Made by a program: the position numbers and the translations under genes. Positions 38,018-48,066 of a stretch of DNA of 64,000 bases are shown here, piece after piece. Location of the stretch: contig DASYNF010000108.1 of NCBI GenBank assembly GCA_036008685.1, forward strand, positions 12,589 through 76,588, in the 5' to 3' direction. Below the pieces are notes generated by a model that was given only the letters and a program-made list of their open reading frames with translations, searched no databases and had not been told where the DNA came from. This stretch comes from Actinomadura sp. (GTDB lineage: Bacteria > Actinomycetota > Actinomycetes > Streptosporangiales > Streptosporangiaceae). The stretch's first letter is position 1; each line of letters opens with the position of its first letter.

Positions 38018-38340
38018 CTGTACCCATTGGCCGCGCTCCACCCATTGCCGCGCTCCGCGCGGCGGCTCGCCGGCCTTCGAGGCGCCGTCTTCCCTCCTCG
38101 CTCCCGAGCGCTCGTTCCTCGCACTCGCTCGCTCGTCAGTCCAGACGACGCCGGCCCGCTCGCGAGCCCCTTCCCGGCCGTGATCTTGCAACGTTCGCGG
38201 GTACCGAGCCAGAACGGGCGCTTTGACGCGGGGTCTCCGTTCTCGCTCCTCAGTCCACACGACGCCGGCCCGCACGGTCCCGGAACGCGGACGACCGCGA
38301 GGTCACGGCCCGTCCGGCCGTGATCTCGCGGTCGCCGCGG
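38018..38340 (+). repeat. Composite intergenic repeat, copy A (modules P-P-S-Q-H, then a degenerate second unit and a 23-bp-arm hairpin)
   Basis: It shares long near-identical blocks with 47699..47975 and, inverted, with 59318..59546. An example block is CGTCTTCCCTCCTCGCTCCCGAGCGCTCGTTCCTCGC.C.CGCTCGCTCGTCAGTCCAGAC. The hairpin at 38287..38338 is GCGGACGACCGCGAGGTCACGGCC-cgtcc-GGCCGTGATCTCGCGGTCGCCGC. Confidence 0.8.
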
Positions 38341-38349
38341 TGCCGTCGG

Positions 38350-39639
<1,290 letters not shown>

Positions 39640-39677
39640 TCACTGTCTGTGGCATCGACGGCATCAGGAGGTGGGGC

Positions 39678-42470
39678 GTGGGCTCAGGTGGCGGCGAGTC
39701 TCAGATCAATCCTCGCTGGGAGGGCCTGCTCAGTGTCTTCGAGCGGATAAGGGAGCGGCCGCGGCGGCGGGCGGGCGATCACATGCGCCCACTGCTGCTC
39801 ATGGTCGGAGAGCACGCGGAGAACCGCCAGCTCGCGCATCTGTTCGTCGAACGGTGCCAGGAGGGGCGGGACCCGCACGCGCACGTCTCCTCCGCCGTCG
39901 GGGCCGGCGACGTGTCACTGTTGCTCCGCTACATCAGCCGCGAGATCTCCAGGCACCATCCGCGGCACGAACCCGCCATCAGGTTCCCGCTCCTGAGCAT
40001 GGCGCTGTGGCTCCAGGAACTGCGCCAGGTCCGGTTGCGGGGCGATCTCGGCGACCACGGGCCACGCCGGCCGAGCCGCGACGAGCAGGAGAACCGGGAG
40101 CTCGTCGCCGAGCTGATCGCCATGGACGAGGACCATCGCCGGCGCGAGGTCCTGAGCAGGGGCATCCGGCGACGTGGCCGGGTCGTGCTGCCCGCCGACC
40201 AGGCCGGGGAGAGGGGCAAGGTCGCCACGCTGTTCACCTATGTGGAGCAGGTCGCCCCGCTGGGCGTGGCGGGGGTGGCCTTGCTCAGCGCCACGGCGGC
40301 GAGCACGCTCGACCTCGCGGCCGCGATGCTGGCGGCCGGTTTCGGCCTCTCGCTCATCGCCGGTCAGTTCCTGGCGCGCACCCGCGACTGGGCCGGCCGG
40401 CGGCGCTATCGCTGGTTCACCCGGCAGCCCTACTTCGCGGGCACGCGGTCGTTCCTCCGCTTCGCGATGGGGATCTTCGATCTCGGTGACGTGGACAACA
40501 TCGGCGACGCGGAGGAGCGCGTCCGGGTGCAGGAGCAGCTCGACCTGCTCCTCGTGGCCGCGTTCCTGGAGGATCTGCGTCAGGCCTACAGGCGGGGGGT
40601 CCTGCGGGCGCACTGGGCGCGGGTCCGCTATCCGGCACTCGTGTTCGACCGGGTCCGCGCCGATCACGTCTCGCTGAGGCTGATCCAGCTCATCGAGAGG
40701 GTCCGGGCGACGAAGGAGATCTTCGATCCGCTGGTCATCGCCGTGGGCATCGACGCCGCGGAGGATCTCGCGCTCGCCGACGATCTGTCCGGAGCGATCC
40801 AGGTGCGCACGTCCGCCGGAGAGGTGGACCTGTCCGGGGTCGCCCGAGCGTGGGAGGAGCATCTGGAGGGACAGCGGCGGGTCGCCGTGCTGAGCACCCA
40901 CCGGGAACTGCGGGTGAGGACGGGCTCCGGCGACGGGTCCGACACCGTGCCGATCCACCGTCCCCGGCGCCGGCCCGGGCCGGCGCACCCCGCGCTTCCC
41001 TGGCTCGTGATGGGCACGATCCTGGCCGCCTCCCTGAGCGTGATCTCCCTCGAGACCGTGAAGTACTGCGACCCGCACGCGGTGTGGCACGCCCGCAACG
41101 GTGAGTGCGTCGGGCTCTCGGACGGGTCCTATGTCTTCAGCGGACGCCTGGCCGGGGTCGAAAAGCGCATCGAGCAGCTCAACGATGACGTGCTGAGCTC
41201 CGGCAAGCCGTACATCACCGTCGTCTATCTGGGCCCCATGACCGTCGATCCGGCGGCCGGCAATCCCCAGGCCGACCTGCTCGCGGGCGTCCACGGCGAG
41301 CTCGTGGGGCTGTCGATCGCACAGGAGACGCACAACTCCGCGAGCGGCCAGCCGCTGCTCCGCCTCCTGCTCGCCAACACGGGCTCGAGGTTCCGGTATG
41401 GCCGGGAGGTGTCGGAGCGGGTCAGGGAACGCGTGGCCCAGGATCGTACGATCGTGGCGGCGGTGGGGTTCGGCCAGAGCAGGAGGCCGACCCAGGACGC
41501 CATCGACGTGTTGTCCCGGGCGGCGCTTCCGATGATCGGTACCACCAACACCTACGACGAGACCGCCAAGCGGGGAGGCACCTTCTCCCCGTACTACTAC
41601 CGGCTCGCCCCGCCCAACCGCAGGCTCGCGGCGCACGCGGCGTACTGGGCACGGAACGGACGGCTCGGTGAGCGGGCGGAGACCGCCGTCGTCTTCTACG
41701 ACGCGAGCTCCGAGGACACCTACAGCACCAACCTGGCGAAGGACTTCGCGGCCGAGTTCGGTCCGGGCAAGGTCCAGATGCTCGCCTACACCGACCCCAG
41801 CCAGATCCCCGGCAAGGTGCTGGAGGCGTGTGCCAGGCCGGCCCAGATCTTCTACTACGCCGGCCGGTCCGACGAGTTCCGCTCCTTCATCACCAAGCTG
41901 TCCACCACGTCCTGTGGCGGGCGCCGCGTGGTGCTGGCGGGAGACGAGGTGACCAAGTACGTCAGCGACAACGCCGCCCAGATCGGCCAGACCGACACGG
42001 TCCGGCTGTTCTTCACCCCGCTGGCCGCCCGGGAGGCGTGGCAGCCGCGGTGGGTGGCGCGGGAGCCGTTGCCGATCTTCTACCGGGACTTCGATCCCGT
42101 GGTCGACAAGCTCGTCGGCAAGGAGGCCTCGGCCAACGTCCGGCCGTCACGGACCCACGCGGCGATCGCCTATGACGCCGCACTGTTGATCACGAGCGTG
42201 GCCGAGCAGATCTATGGGGAGCAGAGCCGGGCCCTGCCCACGGCGGGCGCGATCCTCGCGGCCCTCACCGAGCCGAACGAGTCCGCACCGCCTCCGCAGG
42301 GGGCCAGCGGGCTACTGAGCTTCGGCTCGCGGACGGACGGGCACGAGGTGGTGGACAAGCCGGTCCTCCTCGTGACGATCCGGCCCGACGGCGCTCAGGA
42401 GGTACGGGCGGTATGCGGCCGGCTCGTCAGAGGCGGCGGGCAGACGGTGGAGTGCCCGCACCGGTCCTGA
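39678..42470 (+). CDS. Receptor-like membrane protein: cytoplasmic N-terminal region, TM hairpin, second cytoplasmic region, TM, extracellular periplasmic-binding-protein type-1 (LivK-like) domain
   Basis: The GTG at 39678 lies 7 nt after AGGAGG. The TM segments are VAPLGVAGVALLSATAASTLDLAAAMLAAGFGLSLIAGQFL and WLVMGTILAASLSVISL. The C-terminal PBP1 features are ITVVYLGPMT...GVHGELVGLSIAQ...VAAVGFGQSRRPTQDAIDVLSRAALPMIGTTNTYDE...YYYRLAPPNRRLAAHAAYWA...AVVFYD...YSTNLAKDF. Confidence 0.7.
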   Translation: MGSGGGESQINPRWEGLLSVFERIRERPRRRAGDHMRPLLLMVGEHAENRQLAHLFVERCQEGRDPHAHVSSAVGAGDVSLLLRYISREISRHHPRHEPAIRFPLLSMALWLQELRQVRLRGDLGDHGPRRPSRDEQENRELVAELIAMDEDHRRREVLSRGIRRRGRVVLPADQAGERGKVATLFTYVEQVAPLGVAGVALLSATAASTLDLAAAMLAAGFGLSLIAGQFLARTRDWAGRRRYRWFTRQPYFAGTRSFLRFAMGIFDLGDVDNIGDAEERVRVQEQLDLLLVAAFLEDLRQAYRRGVLRAHWARVRYPALVFDRVRADHVSLRLIQLIERVRATKEIFDPLVIAVGIDAAEDLALADDLSGAIQVRTSAGEVDLSGVARAWEEHLEGQRRVAVLSTHRELRVRTGSGDGSDTVPIHRPRRRPGPAHPALPWLVMGTILAASLSVISLETVKYCDPHAVWHARNGECVGLSDGSYVFSGRLAGVEKRIEQLNDDVLSSGKPYITVVYLGPMTVDPAAGNPQADLLAGVHGELVGLSIAQETHNSASGQPLLRLLLANTGSRFRYGREVSERVRERVAQDRTIVAAVGFGQSRRPTQDAIDVLSRAALPMIGTTNTYDETAKRGGTFSPYYYRLAPPNRRLAAHAAYWARNGRLGERAETAVVFYDASSEDTYSTNLAKDFAAEFGPGKVQMLAYTDPSQIPGKVLEACARPAQIFYYAGRSDEFRSFITKLSTTSCGGRRVVLAGDEVTKYVSDNAAQIGQTDTVRLFFTPLAAREAWQPRWVAREPLPIFYRDFDPVVDKLVGKEASANVRPSRTHAAIAYDAALLITSVAEQIYGEQSRALPTAGAILAALTEPNESAPPPQGASGLLSFGSRTDGHEVVDKPVLLVTIRPDGAQEVRAVCGRLVRGGGQTVECPHRS

Positions 42471-42485
42471 CCGGGACGGGCCCGC

Positions 42486-42544
42486 GAACCCCGGGGAGCC
42501 GGGGTTCCCGAGCACACGCGTGGAGCTCCACGCGTGTGCTCGGG
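42486..42544. terminator. Two adjacent perfect hairpins between convergent genes (bidirectional terminator candidate)
   Basis: The first is GAACCCCGG-ggag-CCGGGGTTC. The second is a 38-bp perfect palindrome, CCCGAGCACACGCGTGGAG|CTCCACGCGTGTGCTCGGG. They lie 16 nt after the + gene stop and 40 nt from the - gene stop. Confidence 0.65.
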
Positions 42545-42583
42545 ACCGGCCCGGTGGCCGTCATTCGTGGTGGGGACGAGGGA

Positions 42584-43687
42584 TCAGGCGCTGCGGACCG
42601 TGTCGGCGCCGGGAACGTCGCCGACCTCGCGGGCGGCCGGTCCGACGTATTTGGCACTCGGCCGGACCAGCCGGCCGGTGCGCTTCTGCTCGAGGATGTG
42701 CGCGGCCCAGCCGGCCGTACGGGCACAGGTGAACATCGCGGGCATCATGGCCGGGGGCACTTCGGCGAAGTCCAGGATCACCGCGGCCCAGAACTCCACG
42801 TTCGTCTCGATCGGGCGGTCCGGGCGACGCTCGCGCAGCTCGGTGAGGGCGGCGTCCTCGAGGGCCTTGGCGGCCGCGAAGCGCGGCGCGTTCAGCTCCT
42901 TGGCGGTGCGGCGCAGCACCCGGGCACGGGGGTCCTCGGCGCGATAGACCCGGTGGCCGAAGCCCATCAGCCGCTCGTGGTTGTCCAGGATGTCGGAGAC
43001 GACCTTGCGGGCGTCGCCGATCTGCTCGACCTTCTCGATCATCGGCAGCACGCGGGCCGGTGCGCCGCCGTGCAGCGGTCCGGACATCGCGCCGATGGCG
43101 CCGGAGATCGACGCGGCGACGTCGGCGCCGGTGGAGGCGATGACGCGGGCCGTGAAGGTGGAGGCGTTCATGCCGTGCTCGGCGGCGGAGGTCCAGTAGG
43201 CGTCGATGGCCTTGACATGCTCGGGGTCGGGCTCGCCCCGCCAGCGGATCATGAACCGCTCGGTGATGGTGGCGCCCTGGTCGATGCGCTCCTGCGGCAC
43301 GGCCGGAAGGCCGAGGCCGCGGGCGGACTGGGCGACGAAGGACAGAGCCGTCACGGACGTACGGGCGAGGTCCTCGCGGGCCTCCTCGTCGCCGATGTCG
43401 AGCAGCGGCCGCATGCCGTACAGGGGTGCGATGGTCGGGAGGGCACTCTGTACGTCCACGCGGACGTCGCCGGTGTGGACCGGGAGCAGGTGTGGTTCGG
43501 CGGGGGCGAGACCGGGGGCGAAGCTGTTGTCGACCAGGAGGCCCCACGTATCTCCGAAGGAGACGCGGCCGACGAGATCCTCGATGTCAACCCCGCGGTA
43601 GCGGAGAGACCCGCCCTCTTTGTCGGGCTCGGCGATCTCAGTCTCGAAGGCGACGACTCCCTCGAGGCCGGGTTTGAAGTCGGACAT
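42584..43687 (-). CDS. citA: Citrate synthase 2 (short, CitA-like)
   Basis: The ATG at 43685..43687 follows GAAAGGA. The sequence runs MSDFKPGLEGVVAFETEIAEPDKEGGSLRYRGVDIEDL...AEHGMNASTFTARV...SGPLHGGA...MGFGHRVYRAEDPRA. Confidence 0.9.
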   Translation of the reverse strand: MSDFKPGLEGVVAFETEIAEPDKEGGSLRYRGVDIEDLVGRVSFGDTWGLLVDNSFAPGLAPAEPHLLPVHTGDVRVDVQSALPTIAPLYGMRPLLDIGDEEAREDLARTSVTALSFVAQSARGLGLPAVPQERIDQGATITERFMIRWRGEPDPEHVKAIDAYWTSAAEHGMNASTFTARVIASTGADVAASISGAIGAMSGPLHGGAPARVLPMIEKVEQIGDARKVVSDILDNHERLMGFGHRVYRAEDPRARVLRRTAKELNAPRFAAAKALEDAALTELRERRPDRPIETNVEFWAAVILDFAEVPPAMMPAMFTCARTAGWAAHILEQKRTGRLVRPSAKYVGPAAREVGDVPGADTVRSA

Positions 43688-43813
43688 GTTTCGTCCTTTC
43701 GTCCCCACTTGTGTTGAAAACACGTTAACGAGCTATTGAACCCTGTCTGGGTTACTGCTCAGTACCCCGGGGTGTGTGAGATTGGTAATGCCCAGGTGAG
43801 AGGCTGTCCGACT

Positions 43814-44470
43814 GTGGAGCCCCCGATATCCGACCCCGCTCATCTCCGCCGAGCCTATGAGGGCCAAGGTCTGGATGAGTCCGACCTCGCCGCCGATCCG
43901 TTCGAGCAGTTCAGGACCTGGTTCCAGGAGGCCGTGGACGCCGGCCTGCCCGAGCCGAACGCGATGGTGCTGTCGACCGCGTCGGCCGACGGCGAGCCGA
44001 GCGCGCGCACAGTCCTGCTCAAAGGCCATGGGACGGACGGTTTCCGATTCTTTACCAACCACACCTCCCGGAAGGGACAGGATCTTCTGGAGAATCCCCG
44101 CGCGACCCTGCTCTTCCCGTGGCACCCGATGCGCCGCCAAGTGATCGTCTCGGGGGACGTGGAGCGGCTCCCGGAGGCGGAGTCCGCCGCCTACTTCCAC
44201 TCCCGCCCGTACGGCTCGCAGCTCGGCGCCTGGGCCAGTGAACAGCAGTCGACCGTCATCTCCTCCCGCGGGGAACTGGAGGCCCGTTACCTCCGGGCCG
44301 CCGAGTCCTGGCCGGAGTCCGGGGCGGTCCCGCTGCCGGGTTTCTGGGGCGGCTACCGGGTCGTCCCCACGACGGTGGAGTTCTGGCAGGGCGGGCGGGA
44401 CCGGCTCCATGATCGGCTCCGTTACCGCCGCTCCGGCTCGGAGTGGGTGGTCGAGCGGCTGTCCCCATAG
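43814..44470 (+). CDS. pdxH: Pyridoxamine 5'-phosphate oxidase
   Basis: Recognisable segments are DPFEQFRTWFQEAVDAGLPEPNAMVLSTASADGEPSARTVLLKG...FRFFTNHTSRKG...RQV.VSG.VERL, YFHSRPYGSQLGAWAS.QS and WGGYRV.P..VEFWQGGRDRLHDRLRY. The start is the GTG at 43814 or 43796. Confidence 0.85.
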   Translation: MEPPISDPAHLRRAYEGQGLDESDLAADPFEQFRTWFQEAVDAGLPEPNAMVLSTASADGEPSARTVLLKGHGTDGFRFFTNHTSRKGQDLLENPRATLLFPWHPMRRQVIVSGDVERLPEAESAAYFHSRPYGSQLGAWASEQQSTVISSRGELEARYLRAAESWPESGAVPLPGFWGGYRVVPTTVEFWQGGRDRLHDRLRYRRSGSEWVVERLSP

Positions 44471-44614
44471 CCGTATAGCCGTTCGACCGTAGGCCTTGGC
44501 CGTACGGCGGCCCGCGCGATTGGATCATCGCTTCGGAGGCTCCCGGACGTTCCGTCGGGCGCCCACGGCGAGTGTCATGAGGAAGTAGACTCTCAGTGCG
44601 AGAACTGGAGGGAA

Positions 44615-45316
44615 ATGACCTCACACGGCCTGATCGATACAACGGAGATGTACCTCCGTACGGTCTTCGAGCTCGAAGAGGAGGGGATCGTTCCCCTTCG
44701 CGCGCGCATCGCCGAGCGGTTGTCGCAGAGTGGTCCGACGGTGAGTCAGACGGTCGCGCGCATGGAGCGCGACGGACTGCTCCGGGTCCAGGGGGACCGG
44801 CATCTCGAGCTGACCGATTCCGGCCGTGACCTCGCCGTTCGGGTGATGCGCAAGCACCGTCTCGCCGAGTGCCTGCTCGTCAACGTCATCGGGCTGCCCT
44901 GGGAGGACGTGCACATCGAGGCGTGCCGCTGGGAGCATGTGATGTCCGAGGAGGTCGAGCGCCGTCTCGTGGCCCTGCTCGACAATCCGACCCGGTGCCC
45001 GCACGGCAACCCGATCCCCGGTCTCGACGAGCTCGGCGGGCATTCCGAGGAGATCTCCAAGGAGCCGCTGATGGCCATGGCCCGGGCCGCGACGGAGGCC
45101 GGTGCCCCGGCGGTCGTCAGGCGAATCGGTGAACAGGTCCAAAGCGACAGCGACCTGATGCTCAGGCTCAAGCTGATCGGGATTCAACCAGGTCGTGAGG
45201 TGATCCTGGCGGCCAGCGACGACGGTGTGCGAGTGACGCGTGACGACCAGGCAGACAGCCCTGCGGCAGAGCTATCCCGTCATATCGCCGAACACGTGTT
45301 CGTCACGAAGCGCTGA
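44615..45316 (+). CDS. ideR: Iron-dependent repressor IdeR (DtxR family)
   Basis: DTTEMYLRTVFELEEEGIVPLRARIAERLSQSGPTVSQTVARMERDGLLRVQGDRHLELTDSGRDLAVRVMRKHRLAECLLVNVIGLPWEDVHIEACRWEHVMSEEVERRL is almost colinear with mycobacterial IdeR from memory. A GGAGGG SD is present. Confidence 0.9.
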   Translation: MTSHGLIDTTEMYLRTVFELEEEGIVPLRARIAERLSQSGPTVSQTVARMERDGLLRVQGDRHLELTDSGRDLAVRVMRKHRLAECLLVNVIGLPWEDVHIEACRWEHVMSEEVERRLVALLDNPTRCPHGNPIPGLDELGGHSEEISKEPLMAMARAATEAGAPAVVRRIGEQVQSDSDLMLRLKLIGIQPGREVILAASDDGVRVTRDDQADSPAAELSRHIAEHVFVTKR

Positions 45317-45472
45317 GAATCTCCCTTTGGCGCCCCCCTTCTCTATCGAGAATCTCCTTGCGGAGATGTCGTTGTCACGTATCCGGACGGCCGGGCCGTC
45401 GTTCAATACAGGTGAGGCTCGTGCAGTGTCCGTGATGTCGCGCCTGGTGATCGATGGCAAGGTGACAGCCAT

Positions 45473-47698
45473 ATGAAGCGTTGGGGGGAAACGCCCTTCG
45501 AGGCGTTGCTGCCGCCTGAGACGGTGCTCGGCCAGATGGAGATGGCGGTCGTCGTCTGCGACCGGTTCAGCAACGTCCTCTACGGCAATACCTTCGCCCG
45601 GGACTTCTTCGGCTTCGGCGACGAGTTCGTGGGGCACTCCGTGCTCTCTCTCGGCATCGCCGAGGAGGACCACGACCAGGCCACCGAGCTCGCCCGGCAC
45701 GTGCTCAAGGGCGGAGTGTGGGAGGGCACGTTCTCCAACGTGCGCTCCGACGGCACCAGCGTCTACACCCGGGCCCACGCCGTTCCCCTGCGTCATCCCT
45801 CCGGCGCCATCGACGGCATCGTGATCTTCGCCCGTGAGGCGCTCCGCAGCAATCAGCGCGAGCAGGATCGCTACGGCCTGCTCGAACGGATCGGTCAGCG
45901 GCTCGCCGGCTCCGTCGAGCTCCAGCAGACCCTGCGCCGGGTCGCCGACATCCTGGTGCCGCAGTTCGCCGACCACGTCTTCATCGACCTGTTCACCGGC
46001 GACCGGCTGTTCCGCCGGATCTCCCGGCACGCCGGGAGCTGGAGCCCTCCGGCGGGCACCTGGGCCGAGATCGGTGAGCCGATCTTCTACCCCGACGAGC
46101 ACTTCTGTGCCAAGGCGATGGGCCGGCGTGACCCCGTGCTCGTCGAGGACATGGTGCAGCACCGCTTCTCGGCACCCACCGAGTCCAGCCAGCGCCTCGG
46201 TGACGACATGGGGATCACCTCGGTGATCGCCGCACCGCTGCTCGCCCGCGGTGAGCTTCTCGGCGTGATGAGCCTGGCCCTGTCCAACCTGACCAAGCGT
46301 CCCCACCCGCACTACGACGGCTTCGACCGGGATCTCGTGGGTGCGATCGCCGGCCGGGTCGCACTGGCCATCGACAACGCGATGCTCTTCGAGCAGGAGC
46401 GCGAGACCGCGCTGGCCTTCCAGAAGAACCTGCTGCCCGGTGACCTGCCCCCCAAGCTCGACGGGCTGCAGATCGCCTGGCGCTACGAGCCGGCCAAGCC
46501 GCTGGAGTCGCACGGACACGGCATCCAGACACAGGTCGGCGGTGACTGGTACGACGTCATCCCGCTGTCGGCCGGCCGGGTCGGCATCGTGATCGGTGAT
46601 GTCGAAGGGCGCGGTGCCCGCGCTGCGGCCGTGATGGGCCAGCTACGAGCCGCGCTGCGGGCCTTCGCCCAGGATGACAAGCCGCCGGCCGACATCCTCC
46701 GCAAGCTCGACGAGTGGGTACGGACGATGGTGCGTCCGGAGCAACCCCATCACAGCGACGAGGCCGCGCGCGTACCACTGGTGTCGTGCACCTACTTCGT
46801 CTACGACGCCTGGGCGCGCACTCTGTCGTTCGCCAACGCCGGTCACGATCCGCCGCTGCTGATCGTCGACGGTGAGGTGTCCGATCTCGAGTTCAACAGC
46901 AAGGGCGCGATGCTCGGGGTGCGCAGCCCTGGTGTGGGCGGCGAGATCCTGTTCAACGAGGAGACCTACGAGCTCAAGCCCGGCTCGACGTTCGTGCTCT
47001 ACACCGATGGGCTGATCGAGCGGCGTCCGAAGGAGAACGGCGACTACTACACCCGCGAGCAGTCCCGGCTCATGCTCCGTGAGGCGGTGGCCGCGGTGGC
47101 CGGACGGGACGTCGAGTCGATCGCCGAAGCGGCCTATCAGGCCGTGCCCGGCGACATCGACGACGACACCGCGATCGTGGTCGTACGGACGTCCGCGGAG
47201 GAGCTCGCCGTCGAACAGCGCACGTTCTCCGCCGAGCCGATCATGGTCTCCGAGGCCCGGCGGATGGCGGCCGAGACGTTCGCGTCGTGGGGGATGATCG
47301 ACGACAAGGCCGAGCTGGCGTGCCTGCTCGTGTCGGAGGTCGTCACCAACGTCGTCCTCCACGCCGCCACGCCGGCGCCGCGCCGCGAGTTCGTGACCGA
47401 GGGCCCACCGGGGTTCTCCTTCGACGAGTCCTCCTGGGACCTGGATCTGGACCTCGGTGCGGACCTGCACCGCCGGGAGCCCGTCTCCAAGGAGTTCCGG
47501 CTGAGGCTGCGGCGCGGCGCGGAGGCGGTCTGGGTCGAGGTCTTCGACTCCGACATGCGCCTGCCGCGGATCCGCAGTGCCGGTGAGACCGACGAGGGCG
47601 GACGCGGGCTCTACCTGGTGGATCAGCTCGCCAACCGGTGGGGGTCGCGACCGACCAGCGACGGCAAGGCGGTCTGGTTCGAGATCCCGCTCTGCTGA
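45473..47698 (+). CDS. PAS-GAF-PP2C(SpoIIE) phosphatase with a C-terminal HATPase_c_2 (RsbW-like) domain
   Basis: The PAS region is MAVVVCDRFSNVLYGN...GVWEGTFSNVRSDGTSVY. The GAF region is LQQTLRRVADILVPQFADHVFIDL. The PP2C region is FQKNLLPGDLP...VGGDWYDVIPL..GRVGIVIGDVEGRGARAAAVMGQLR. The C-terminal region is LLVSEVVTNVVLHA...GGRGLYLVDQLANRWG. Confidence 0.85.
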   Translation: MKRWGETPFEALLPPETVLGQMEMAVVVCDRFSNVLYGNTFARDFFGFGDEFVGHSVLSLGIAEEDHDQATELARHVLKGGVWEGTFSNVRSDGTSVYTRAHAVPLRHPSGAIDGIVIFAREALRSNQREQDRYGLLERIGQRLAGSVELQQTLRRVADILVPQFADHVFIDLFTGDRLFRRISRHAGSWSPPAGTWAEIGEPIFYPDEHFCAKAMGRRDPVLVEDMVQHRFSAPTESSQRLGDDMGITSVIAAPLLARGELLGVMSLALSNLTKRPHPHYDGFDRDLVGAIAGRVALAIDNAMLFEQERETALAFQKNLLPGDLPPKLDGLQIAWRYEPAKPLESHGHGIQTQVGGDWYDVIPLSAGRVGIVIGDVEGRGARAAAVMGQLRAALRAFAQDDKPPADILRKLDEWVRTMVRPEQPHHSDEAARVPLVSCTYFVYDAWARTLSFANAGHDPPLLIVDGEVSDLEFNSKGAMLGVRSPGVGGEILFNEETYELKPGSTFVLYTDGLIERRPKENGDYYTREQSRLMLREAVAAVAGRDVESIAEAAYQAVPGDIDDDTAIVVVRTSAEELAVEQRTFSAEPIMVSEARRMAAETFASWGMIDDKAELACLLVSEVVTNVVLHAATPAPRREFVTEGPPGFSFDESSWDLDLDLGADLHRREPVSKEFRLRLRRGAEAVWVEVFDSDMRLPRIRSAGETDEGGRGLYLVDQLANRWGSRPTSDGKAVWFEIPLC

Positions 47699-47975
47699 CT
47701 GCCGCGCTGTGCTCATTGCCGCGCTCCGCGCGGCGGCTCGCGGGCGCTCGACGCGGCGTCTTCCCTCCTCGCTCCCGAGCGCTCGTTCCTCGCTCCCGCT
47801 CGCTCGTCAGTCCAGACGCCGCGCGCCCGCTCGCGGGGCTGTGTCACCGCCGCGCTGCCGCGCTGCCGCGCGGGGCCTCGGGGCGCTTCGAGGCGCTGTC
47901 TTCCCTCGTCGCTCGGTCGCTCGTACCTCGCTCTCTCGCTCCTCGCTCCAGACAGCGCCGCGCTCCTCGCGGGTC
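47699..47975 (+). repeat. Composite intergenic repeat, copy B (two tandem P-S-Q units, the second degenerate)
   Basis: Positions 47714..47838 are near-identical to 38043..38166. Positions 47846..47973 are a diverged second unit, ACCGCCGCGCTGCCGCGCTGCCGCGCGG...GTCTTCCCTCGTCGCTCGGTCGCTCGTACCTCGC...CTCCAGAC. Confidence 0.8.
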
Positions 47976-48066
47976 CTCTACGGTGAGTCGGCCGTGGGGC
48001 CTTCAGGATGGGTTCTGACCGGGCCGGTCTCGGTGGGGTGGGGGTGGGGCGCCGTACGGTGGGGGT

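Noticed and set aside
38018-38340. CRISPR array as an explanation for the clustered repeats (also 47699..47975 and 59318..59546)
   Set aside because: There are no equal-length direct repeats alternating with unique spacers. The similarity consists of long colinear blocks shared between loci. No cas genes are in the window.
38018-38340. IS element or transposon as an explanation for the repeats
   Set aside because: No transposase-like ORF occurs in or next to any copy, and the short ORFs crossing the copies are artefacts of the repeat sequence. A non-autonomous (MITE/REP-like) element remains possible and is reported as a finding.
39915-41636. 573-aa minus-strand ORF
   Set aside because: It is antisense to the PBP-domain membrane protein gene, which has a strong SD and start and recognisable PBP1 motifs.
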